Source: Podarcis liolepis (lineage: Eukaryota). Taken from it: a DNA stretch of 64,000 bases. Positions 50,345-61,375 of the stretch are shown piece by piece; position 1 is the stretch's first letter; each line of letters opens with the position of its first letter. Below the pieces are notes generated by a model. That model was not told the DNA's origin. It searched no databases and saw only the letters and a program-made list of their open reading frames with translations. The stretch lies in the NCBI GenBank assembly GCA_965112155.1, contig OZ218103.1. One strand, given 5' to 3'. The position numbers were made by a program, and so were the translations under genes.

Positions 50345-50743
50345 CAGGGCCGTCTTAAGCATATCCAGCACCGAGGTGCAAAGCTCCCTCTGGCGCACCC
50401 CCCAACCCCCATTTCCCGGAGTTTTTTAGGGAGGACAGCACTGCCAGCGGGGCTGGAGGAGGCGGGCAGCAGCTGGAGGGCGGCTCCTCCAGTGGGAGAA
50501 GAGACGGAGGCTGGACGCGGCACCTCCCAGCTCAGCTGGCCACTTTGTGCCGTGGTGGCCACAGCAGACGGAGGCTTCGGATGCGGCGCGGCGCTTCTTC
50601 AGTGCGGCATGGCGGAGGCGGGTGAGGGCAGCAAGCTGATGCTGGGAGGCGCCACGTCCAGCCTCTGCCTCTTCCCTGGCGCCCTCCAGAACTTGGTGCC
50701 CTGGTGCCCCATGCCACTAGCCTCTATGGGTAAGACGTCCCTG
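50345..50743. mobile_element. GC-rich hAT MITE, 399 bp
   Basis: TIRs cagggccgtctta / taagacgtccctg. Perfect TSD cctatgcc (50337-50344, 50744-50751). Nested in a palindromic MITE. Confidence 0.9.
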
Positions 50744-52632
50744 CCTATGCCTGAAGCCCCAATGAATTCAGCTTATCTTCTGAGTAAACATGTATAGGAT
50801 TGTACTGTAAGTTATGAGATGGTTACTTTGGAAAGTACATGGAGCTGAAGAACAAAGTTGGAATAGTGAAACAGTTTCCCACTGCCATTTTCAGCTCTAT
50901 GTGCTTTTAAAGACTCCACTCAGATTCCCACATCCCTAGGAAAAGTCCAGTATGTGTCCATGTGCTTGTTCTCTTTCTGTCTTTTGAGTGCAGGCAGATC
51001 TCATAGGAGGAGGATAGAAGTGACCAGAACCGGTGGCATGCATGGCACTCACTCAAAACTGCAAATGTCATCCCTTTCATTATTGTTGTTGTTGTTGTTA
51101 TTTGTCTATCTGCTGCCTCCAGTAAAACAGGTTGTTGAACCTTGCAAGAAGTATTTACCAGAGGCAAACAGGAATGAATATACCACCAAGAGGAGCAACC
51201 ACTCCTTCACCAGCCTTCAGTTGTGGGTAATATCAGACCATAATAGTTAAGAATTGAATCCTCTGCTTCAGAGGGAATATCTCTGTCTGCTGGAAGCAAG
51301 AGAGCTCAGGTCACCATACTGGGAACAATGGGATCACTATACAAATACCCAATTACTTTAATGCCATTGATTTCAACAGATGCTAATTACAAAGGAAGAG
51401 CCATGTTGTGTATTGCAGTTTCTGCAATACGCAACTGCCCACTGCATGGTTGTATATCTTAATATAGCTACTGGGGGTGAGTTTGCCCCCCACTTCCAAT
51501 TAGGGGTAGAATGAGCATGTGAGAAGGAAGCATGCTGTGCCCACATCCTGGATGAGACTATAGGGGTAGAGTCTTGACCTTTACAGAGCAGCCCTATGCC
51601 ACCGCCCCCACTTTCAGGTACTCATCCATCCTTTGGTTGATAGTGGGGGATATGGTTGATTGCTTTTCATGGGGGCTGGATATAGAAATTCTCTTGGTGG
51701 GACCTTGTTGGGATCTCGGTGGCAATTATTAGGCAATTATTAATTTTTTGCCTACTTCTTATGCCTTTCGGGTGATGCTGTTTTGGGTCATAGGTCCCCA
51801 TCCCCCCCGGTCATGTTAGGGCATTCAGTGGAGGCACCAGCTGGATGAGTGGTGAACACATTGAGGCCCCTGGAGGGTTAAACAAAACCAAGGCATCCTA
51901 TCTCTTAGTAAGGGGACATACTTTGGCTAGGGTGGCTGTCTTCTTGTTGAGTGGAAGAAACTTTCACTATAGCATGTTAAGCAGATGTCTACTAATAAAT
52001 AACACTTATTACTTATTAATAAGTAAATTAAAGTTATCGAGAAAGTTACATTTGAATTACAGTATCTCCACTCACACTAGTGAAGAATAAACTTCCAAGT
52101 GTCTGTATCCTAAAGGCCTATAGGTTGCTTTCTTATCCTATTTTTGGTAGAATGCACTATTTTAATACCTTTTTTAAAAAAGGAAAGGCGAGTCAAGGTC
52201 AGTAGCTATAGTCCGGATGGGCCTGCTATTTTATTCCATTCAAGCCCACACTTCAATGAAATGAGAGAGAATGCCAGGAAATTGGGCAGCATGAACAGGA
52301 GTGACTGAGAGGGGCAGCCAGGAAGAGAAAAGATGTGGGTGACGTGGTCATTATTCTCGGTGCTCCAGACAGGAACTGACATCTGGTTTGTGGAATTCAC
52401 CTTTGCATTTAAATGGCTTTTGCCTTAGCTTTGATTGACGCTTCTGTTACAACTGTGCCTCACTTTCCAGGGAGTAGATGTTGCTTTAGCTGTTCGTTGC
52501 AGCACAGCGACAAAGATGACAGCAAATTAGGCTGCTTGTTGTAAATGAAACCAGTGAGAGCTGGGTGTTTGCTGGAAAAGAATGCTAGTTATATAAAAAC
52601 AGGGGTGGCCAGTTTCTGAATACTCCAAAACA

Positions 52633-52762
52633 AGTTGGTTAGAGTGTGCTGCTGCTAATGCCAAGGTTGCAGGTTTGATCCCCGTATGGGACAGCTTTGC
52701 AGGGGGCTGGACTAGCTGATCCTCAGGGTCCCTTCCAACACTACAATTCTATGATTCTATGA
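52633..52762 (+). mobile_element. Second tRNA-Ile + CR1-tail SINE copy
   Basis: agttggttagagtgtgctgctgctaatgccaaggttgcaggtttgatccccgtatgggaca, followed by the CR1 end ggactag..gatcctcagggtcccttccaac..ttctatgattctatga. Confidence 0.78.
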
Positions 52763-52819
52763 ATTCTTATTTGGTAATTATCCAGAGTCCAGATTACACC
52801 AATTCTTAAAGAATTACAC

Positions 52820-53030
52820 TAGGTGATGATTTGCTTCTGGGCCCAATTCAAGGTGCTGATGCTTAACTTTCAAGTTTGTAAGCAAATTACCTAAAGAATT
52901 TGATCCTTGTACAATACAGTCTTCAACTGAGGCAAGTGCTACCATTGCTAAAGTGTCTTAAACAAGCACAAAGGAGCCTTTTCTGTGGTGGTACTGTGAG
53001 TTTGGCAGGGGCATGAGAAGGTGCCTCTCC
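52820..53030 (+). mobile_element. L2 remnant
   Basis: ctgggcccaattcaaggtgctg and gccttttctgtggtgg, as in the 27605-28060 copy. Confidence 0.6.
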
Positions 53031-53473
53031 CCACATCCCACCCAGACACTTAGATCTGTGAATTAAAGGTTTGTTGATGGCACCACATAATCCCATAGTA
53101 AAGCTTGTTGTGATTCAAGCACATGCTTTTAGCATGCATTATGAACATCTTTATTATGTTTTTATATTCATTTTCTGTACACCACTTGGCTATTCTCTGA
53201 TATTCTCTGTAGAGCAGTTCATAAATTCTGAAACAGAATAAATAAGAATATATTTTTGGCAGCAGGTTAAGAGTTTCTTGTTTACCCACACATTTTAGAG
53301 TGATTACTTTTGTCTTCAGTTCGCTTTTTTGGCTTACAGCTGCTGTCTGTGAATTTTACATTGTTTTGCAGTGGTTATGTTTTCTATTTATTGTTGTTGT
53401 TTTTATTGCATACCACCCTGGAATCCCTTTGGGTAAAAAGTGGTTTAGCATGGTTTGAAAATAAAAAAATTAA

Positions 53474-53476
<3 letters not shown>

Positions 53477-53530
<54 letters not shown>
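53477..53530. repeat. (GAAA)n microsatellite at the tail of an L2-like 3' end (~53340-53470)
   Basis: Read directly from the sequence. Confidence 0.92.
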
Positions 53531-53535
<5 letters not shown>

Positions 53536-54723
53536 TACTGTACAAACTGGCAACCCCCTGATTGGTCTACAATAAAGTTGCCGCCATCTGGAAAGATTTC
53601 ACTGCTATGGAACACATGTGCTCAGGAAACCAATACTCTCAGATATCTGGATGTAGATATATTACATAGTTGTTAGATAAAGAATCCAGAAAAGAGACAT
53701 AACATTAAAGTTGTGTGGAATAGCTCCAGTCCTTACAATGTGAGTGAATCAGTGGACAAACATTTGAGAAAGACCACAAAAAAACAAAAGGCCCAGACAA
53801 AATATCTGATGATCCTACAGCAATCTCTCAAACAGGCAGTTTAGGAAAGGAAAGAGAAAGTGTATGACATGATTTGATAAGGGTTGGTTTCAAACAGGCT
53901 CAAACAACATACATCCGGTGGGCAGATTGTGGTCCTTGGGGGAATTTCAACTTTGGTCTACCATCTCTTTAAAACTGGAAGCTGCTGAGAGCACAGATGC
54001 AAATTGCATCTCTCTCTGCATCTCTCTCAGCGTTTCAGACACATATGGAAACAGGTGCAGCAGTAGAACAAACTTTTACCCTGACTGCAGCTGTGCAAAA
54101 CAAACACAATTTGGTTATAGAGGGCCAATTGGTTTACTCCTGTTTTCTCTCCTTTGTGAAAGAGAGTTCCTTCTTGCTGCGGGGTGGCCTTGGGGAGTAA
54201 AGAAGGCAATAAGACTTTGGGATGAGACAGGCTTGACATTTCTTTTTCCTTTTCTTTTTCTTTTTTTAAAGGAAGATCAGTATTACTTTGATCACTGGAA
54301 TGGGATGCAGGGCAAATGTTCTGGTTTTCTTTCTTTCTTTATCTTAAAGAAGGTATTTTCTGCATCTAGGGTAAAGAAGCTAAGTGAAAGTAAAATAAGG
54401 TTCTAATGCTGTTTATTTAACAAGACTGATCAAGCAGTTACCCTTTGGCTGAGATTGCTTCCACACAACTCGTTTTCTCCAGAACTGACATAATTTGTTC
54501 ACTGCCAGTGCTTCCAGACAGCAATTTATTGTGGAATCAGCACATGTAAGTTTTGTTGTTGTTGTTGTTTGCAATGGCCACACATCATTGTCTTCAAAAT
54601 ACCAGCCTGTATTCTGTCCCCACCTGTAATCCATATTTACATAGGTGGCTACGAGCCACCTATATAGAAGCAGCCACTGACCAATATCCTCTAGGAGCTG
54701 GTAGGAAAGTTGCTAGAAAATTA

Positions 54724-56503
54724 GACTTCCGGGTTGGCGCCATCGCCGAATGGCGGACTCCCTCCGAGCTCCGGAGGGAGTCTGCTCGGCAGGGGCTGGG
54801 TCCTACTGCGCCGGCGACGCGGGGACCCTTAAAAACCACGGGCACGGAGCCCGTGGACATGGGTGACTCGGCTGGCACCATTAGCGCCCTCCTGACTCGT
54901 GAAGGAGCCTTTTTAAAGGCTACGGATCGGGTGCCGGGGAGTGGCGTGGTGCTGTGAGTCCTCTGCTTTCCCTGCCGAGCGAAGTTGCATGCCATTCGAC
55001 GGAGAGCGCTGACTTCTTCTATTGAAAATTCGGACTTTCAACAACAACCCGTGAGTAATCTGGAAACCGGGTTTAAAAGGAGGGGGAATTTTTTTTTCGG
55101 ATTTGGCACGAGCGGGGGAGATCTAAAAAAGGAAGTCAGCCCCCCCCCATTGTAAACATTCTAAAACAAGGACTGGGTAACCAAGGACGAGAGAGAATTG
55201 TATTTTGAATAAAAATTATTAATTCCACGATGAGAAATTATAAGAACTGTGCTGGAGGAGAAGAGTGGAGGGTGAGAAGGAAAACGTAAACCCCCCCCCC
55301 CTGAGAACCGGGGCGATATGTGAGAGAGCCTGGTGAAGAGAGACAGAGACTTTGACAGCTGTCAAAGTAGCTGTCAAAGCTCGGAGAATATAAAGAGGAC
55401 TTCGCCATGAGGACTTTGCTGGTTAATTTTGTTACAATTTGTTACAATTTGGATATAAACTGTTGAAAATAAGGAATAACAATTTGACTTTTGGATTAGA
55501 GGAAACAAAGTTACTATAATCCCCCTAGAGGGGTTTCGGGACACTACAAGAACGGTCGTAAGTGGAAAAATACTCTTGGTATTGTACAGGACTTGTTATC
55601 TCCTGGGAAAGCTGCAAAACTGAAACAGTATTTCGTCTACAGAGGTGTTTACATTAAAGGAGACAATAGAATTTTTCTATTGAAGAAAGGAAGGGACTGG
55701 ACGTAAGTTTTTGTTCCTGAACAACAATAACCTCTGTAGAGGTACCAAATTTCTGAATTAGAACGTTTTAGCAGCGGAACAGGACAAGAAACCTGAGAAA
55801 GTAAGAAAAAAAGAACAAAGGACTGATTACGACATGGAAAGAACAATGGGGAGAGCGTTAAAGACCAAGGAAATTAAAGGCCCTTTGGGGCCTCTTTTAG
55901 ACTGGATGTTTGAAGTTAAATATTAGTAAAATAAATAAATTTAAAAAAAAAAAACCTGTAAGGTGGATCTGGGGAAAAATCTGGCTTGGATTTGAGATCT
56001 CCAGGCTGACAATAGATAGATTGATGGATATGGGGAATTCAAACCGGGGAAGGGGGGGGGAGACCTGGAATCCAAAGGCTGTGCAACTATCTTTTGAATC
56101 TTTTTATATCTTTTATCTTTTATATTTCTATGTAACTTCTTGTATATCATTTTATTTTGACTGGATGTGTTTATTAAAAAAGGGAATTCGTGGAAGGAAA
56201 CTGGGGCGGACCTTGGGGAAAAAACATTTTTTTTCTTTCTGTTAAGGATGAGGGATGATGGAATGATTGTACAATTTAAATTGAATAATGGGTTAAACAA
56301 ATTAAGTTTTAAATTGGGATTGAGAGCTTGTAGAACCAAATTAAGGAAAGGGGAGTACAATTGGGAGGGGGATGGGGGAGTCCCAGAAAGTTGGCAACGA
56401 AAGTAAGGTTTTAAGGGTATTGTATCTTTTTTTTTTCTTTTTTCTCTTTGTATTTCTATTTTTTGTGTTTTGGAAACTTTAATAAATATGATTTTTTTAA
56501 AAA
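54724..56503 (+). mobile_element. Non-autonomous L1-type retroposon, ~1.78 kb, apparently full length
   Basis: Perfect direct repeat aggaaagttgctagaaaatta(ga) at 54703 and 56504. CpG-rich 5' end gacttccgggttggcgccatc. G-rich then T-rich 3' end, AATAAA at 56481, T7A6 tail. No long sense ORF. Confidence 0.85.
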
Positions 56504-57021
56504 AGGAAAGTTGCTAGAAAATTAGAAAGTGCACAGAGAGCTCCTTGACTGCATGTGAGTGTGATTTCTATCACCTTCAGTTTTCTCTGCTTATTGATGA
56601 TGAACCCTTCCATATTCTCAACAAGCAGAGGTCTCATGTGGTGAGTGTAACATGTAGCCAGGCTCTCTAAGATGTTAACTTCTGGCCGTTCATAAGATGG
56701 TTTCCTTTCTGGGTGATCCATGTTTGTTACATGTGTACAAACTTAAACACATGGAACATGAATACTAGCTGCTGATATTCTAAGTGAATATTCAGTGCAT
56801 TTAAACTAAAACGCTCAGAAGAGACATTCAGACATTATTCCCCATTGCATGGATTGCCCCAAAGACGAAGAGCTTTCTGACAGTGACTGCAGTAAGTGAA
56901 TAATGTATAACAGAGGTATGTGTGGTATGAATCCCGGCTGTACAATAAGAAAATTTTCCTCAAATGTTCCTTCATAGCCTCAGAAAGGAGTGACTGAGCA
57001 ACTACAAGTTTTCTAACCTTG

Positions 57022-57340
57022 TGAAACATGGGAAGCTCCCTTATTCTGAGTTGAGACAATTGGTCCACCTTTCTCAGTGCTGTCAACATCAGGTGGGGGG
57101 AGCCAGTGGACTTCCAGGTGTTGCTGAACTACAACTCCCATCAGCATGGGAGCATGGCCCATGGGAGTTATAATTCAAGCACATCCGGAGTTCCAAAGGT
57201 TCCCCACACCTGGTCTTCTCTGGTGAGCCCTGGCTATCCAATGTTTCAGACAGGTGTCTTTCCTAGCCCTACCTGGAGATGCCAGGATTAAACCTGGGAA
57301 CTTCTGCATGCAGAGCAGATGCTCTACCACTGAATGCAGC
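57022..57340 (-). mobile_element. Squam2-like SINE with a nested short hAT MITE (57090-57212)
   Basis: Reverse head cagtggtagagcatctgctctgcatgcagaagttcccaggtttaatcc. Reverse tail ctcagaataagggagcttcccatg. Confidence 0.72.
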
Positions 57341-58212
57341 AGGGAAGGGACCAGTCATAAATAAAGTTATCAAGAACTCTTTGTGGGGAAGATATGTGGG
57401 AACCTGAGAGGCCATCATAAGAAGCTGAGAGCTGGAAGAAATTGTGTATGAGTGTTGTGAGTGCAGGGAGCTGGCAAGTGATTTGTGGTTGAGGAGGGAA
57501 AATGTCAGAATTTGGATCCTTTCAGTTATAAAAATCTTCTGTTCCCATACAGTTCCTTTCCTCCACCCACCCCACCATACAAAGAATCTAAAGCCGATTC
57601 CAACATAATGTTTTGCTCTCACATATTTTGTTTTGAAGTGATCCCAGGAGCTCTTACACATGGAGAGTATTGCCTGGGAATTATAGCTTTCGCTTGATGT
57701 ACTGTGAAAGGTTTCTTAGGCTCCTGCCCAGTGCTGTAAAAAAACAACAACCGAGAATATAAAACAGTATGTGGGAAAAGACCTCTAGCATATTTGGATG
57801 AAAACGAAAAACTTATAAAACTGTGTTGCAAAAACTTAAATTTAAAGTGTAGGTCTATAGGAATGAAAACAATAATCACCTGACAAACAATTTTCACTTA
57901 AAAGTAAGTAACTTTTCCAATGAATTATTCTATTTGACAAAGAGAGATAATCAAATCCATACGAAGGTGACATATGGATCTTTTTATCCTTTCAAGCAGA
58001 GGTAGCCAATGTGATGCTGAATTCCAACACCAGATATTGTTGAACTTTAGCTCCCATCAGCCCTAGCCATAGTAGCTGATGAGCAAGAATGATGGGAATC
58101 GTAGTCCAACAAAAATCTAGAGGGCATATTGTTCCCTATCTAAGGCAAAAAATCTAGAGGGCATATTGTTGCCTATCTAATGCAATTTTAAAGAAAACGA
58201 AACTTTAACCTT

Positions 58213-58365
58213 CAGGTAGGTAGCCATGTTGGTCTGACGCAGTCAAAATAAATTAATTAATTAAAAAATTGTCCAGTAGCACCTTAGAGACCAACTAAGT
58301 TTGTTATGGGTATAAGCTTTTGTGTGAATGCACACTTCAGATACCTTCAGATACCTTCTTCAGAT
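58213..58365 (-). mobile_element. Penelope-like terminal fragment with a degenerate hammerhead ribozyme motif
   Basis: Direct repeat actttaacctt at 58202-58212 and 58366-58376. Minus strand reads gtatCTGAAGA...gtgtgcattcacacAAAAgcttatac. Confidence 0.72.
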
Positions 58366-59982
58366 ACTTTAACCTTGTTCTCATATAATCTTTTGTTTAA
58401 TGATTGGTCCATCAAAAAATGGGCAAAAACTAAAATTAAAAAAACACACACCATTGATCATTTATAGGGTAAAATTAAAACAAAATGAATGTTCTCAGAT
58501 CCAGAGTTCCTAACATTTAGTGGTGCCTTTATTTAGCTGCTTTGTAGCATTACAGGAAAGAAATGCTTTTGAAATGGGGTGGAGAGAATTTGGACAGGAA
58601 GCTAGTGGGCTCCTGGTCTAGCTTTCTATCTTTCCTGCTGTCATACCCACGGGGATAATATGCTGGTGCCACTTTTCTCTGTGTGCTGCGCATATGCATG
58701 AGCAAGCAACATGGACTCACCTCAGGGCATGTGTTGCTTAGCATTATTTACTCCTGTGATGCATTGATACCATGAGAAAAATCTTCTAAACCTAAACTAG
58801 GAGACTTGTTTTTGCTGTATTATTGCAATGCTTCATTTTAATTTAAACTGCTTTTAAAGCCCAAGCTGAAAAGTGCTTAAATACAACAACTCTTAAATAA
58901 AACCTACAGAAATGCTACTGTTTTCGGTTCTACACAAAAAACCCAGTTTCCTAACTGTGAAGCACATGAATAGCTTTGAAGTTTTAGTGAATAACTGGAA
59001 AGATTCTGCTTATTTGAAATGTTTTCCTTCAGTAAAAGAACAATTTACAACCAAACTATGAAAGACAAAAATTTATCAGTTGCATGTTTGGCAACTGATA
59101 AAAGCATCACGTGCCACATTGCTCTTGTTTAATGGCTTGTACTCTGTCCTTTTGCATATACACTTTCTGTGGCCTCTTCACCTGTGTCTGGTCTGGGAAG
59201 ATGCAGACACACAGCAAAAAATGCTAAAGAATTCAGTCCATATTATTATTGGCTATACACTAAAGATGTTATTTAATTCTTGAATTTGTAACATTTATGT
59301 CTGAGAAATTATTATCCTTCGGGATGGTTCCCAGTGGATTTTCTGCTCACCTCATTGACCAAGTATATGTTATATCTTTTGACAATATCAGGAGAGATGT
59401 GATTCCTCAGGTTTATGTCCTTCACCCTTCCCAGTGTAAAGAACAAGGTAGGAAATGGACTGCTTTTAACGAAAGGGCTGGTGCAATGATGTTTTTATTG
59501 TAAGCTATTTGTATGTTTTAATCATATTTTATATACATATAATTTCAATTCTATTAATGTTTAATTGGTTTTTAATTATAGTTTTTTCTATGTTTTAGCG
59601 ATTCTTGTTTTTATATGTAAACTGCCTTGAGTCCCATCAGAAGAAAAGGCAGAGAATGAATGAATGCCACTAGTCAGAGCTACACCATGAGAAACAAGCC
59701 AAATGATTCCTTCGGAAAGACAACAGGAGTCCTTTTCAAGCAACTGTTAATGATAGCCTTTGTAAAGTTCTGATAACATTTATTTTATGCTGTCTCCTGT
59801 TGGTTTTATCTGTTCTATTACTACCGCATTGTGGGTGATATAATTTTGTTGATATAATTGTTTTAACTTTCATTAAACACTGCTCTGGAAACTGCCAGGT
59901 TTAAAAAGCTGCCTATAAATTGAAATAAACAAACAAAGACAATGGATGTGAGTGGGAGGCAGAGTTGTGAACAAAGTAGGCA

Positions 59983-61375
59983 GTTTTATTTATTTAATTT
60001 TTCACCCCATCTTTTCTACAAAGAGCTCATAAGGCATATATATATTCTTCCATTTTGTCTTCACAACCATGATGAGGTGGATTAGGCTGAGACAGTGGCT
60101 GGGTCAACATCATCCAGTAAACTTCATGGCTGAGTAAGGATTTGAACTCGGGGGGCCACCAGGTGGCGCGTTGGAAGATGGCCGACAATAACATCTCTCT
60201 GACCCACATGAGGTAATTAAGGGGCTGCTATGGGAAGTATGCAGTCTTCCTACCCCCCCCCCAGGAGGTGGGGGGCGCTGCCTTGCCAGCGGTGTTCACA
60301 ATGCACCCCCTGATCCGAGAGATGGGGGTGCCGAACACTTGGCAACGAGCCCTCGGTGAAGTCAGATCTTCCTGACACCGATTCCAATTAGCGCGTGCTG
60401 GTTAGCTTCAGCTCGGAATTATAATTGGAAACATACGATTGGAACGAAGCTGAAGCACATATATCAAGTAATGTTCGAGAGATAAGACTGCTGAGTAATG
60501 GATCTCTGTGACCGGGAGTGACGGATGGATAAGTAAATCTTCTGATGAATCACCTCTAGGAGACTGTATGTTTGGAATGAAGGGGTGGGGGTGGGGGGGG
60601 ACTTTTTCTCCCTCTTTGCACGATGTGATATTAATAACCCTTCACCCCAGATAGAAATGAGATCGTTGCGTTTTTATTAATCACAAGCAGAAATTCAAGA
60701 ACTGTGTGGGATGGATTACAACAGGAGAGAGGATTGGTGAACGGTGAGAACAAGGAAAATTTTTATGACGCAGTTAAAAAATGGCGTCTCGCCAAGACAG
60801 GCTTGCCGGAGAAAGAAGGACAGGGGGAGGAGAATCAGGATTGTTTGAAAGAGAAGGAATGTTGGAACGCAAGTTTGTCCTAACAGAGCCTCCTGACTCA
60901 TTTGATTTATTTGGCAAGCCTGAGAAAAATAAAGGACAGACCGAAGATTAATTCTTTTTATGGAAGCGTTGAACAGAGGCTGTCCCTGGGCGATATGATC
61001 TTTGAAGAGTACAAAATCCACACAAGGATGCCTGCCAATCTGCTTGTGAAAATTATCAGAGATCGCAAAGAAAGGAATATACAATAACAACAAGAAGAGA
61101 AAGAAAGTAATAAAGGACTATCTGGATTGAACTGGATAGAACTGTCTAATTAAAGCAGTAATATAAGTGATGTTTGGACTCGTTCGGAGTTTTGGACTCA
61201 TGCGGCGCTTGATGTATGGGTACCCCCAACAAAATTTAAAATTTGGCTGTATAATTTGGAACTAATGTGATTTGGATAATGTGATGTGATTGGCCCGTTA
61301 ATAATTTTTTTTTTTTTAAAGAGTAAGGATTTGAACTCTGCCCTAAGTCCTACTCATTGCATCATGGTAGCTCTA
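59983..61375 (-). mobile_element. Old Squam3-like SINE (59983-60149 and 61321-61375) split by a retroposon
   Basis: Reverse B-box gagttcaaatcc. Reverse head agagctaccatgatgcaatg. Reverse tail with aaataaataaa. Confidence 0.65.
60150..61320 (+). mobile_element. Non-autonomous L1-type (HAL1-like) retroposon, 1171 bp
   Basis: Perfect 18-bp TSD gagtaaggatttgaactc (60132-60149, 61321-61338). G-run plus aagatggccg at the 5' end. A-rich body. aataa + T13A3 tail. Confidence 0.85.

Noticed and set aside
50330-50797. 155-aa GC-rich ORF and apparent CpG island
   Set aside because: It is explained by a TSD-flanked hAT MITE. The same applies to the ORFs at 23331-23759, 40782-41421 and 48044-48468.
54553-54995. 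ORFs and CpG island suggesting a gene promoter or first exon
   Set aside because: They lie across the 5' end of a TSD-bounded retroposon.
58111-58184. 37-bp tandem duplication at a MITE end (similar small duplications near 15823 and 18138; diverged pair at 47731/47865)
   Set aside because: Ordinary slippage or local duplication with no sign of function.
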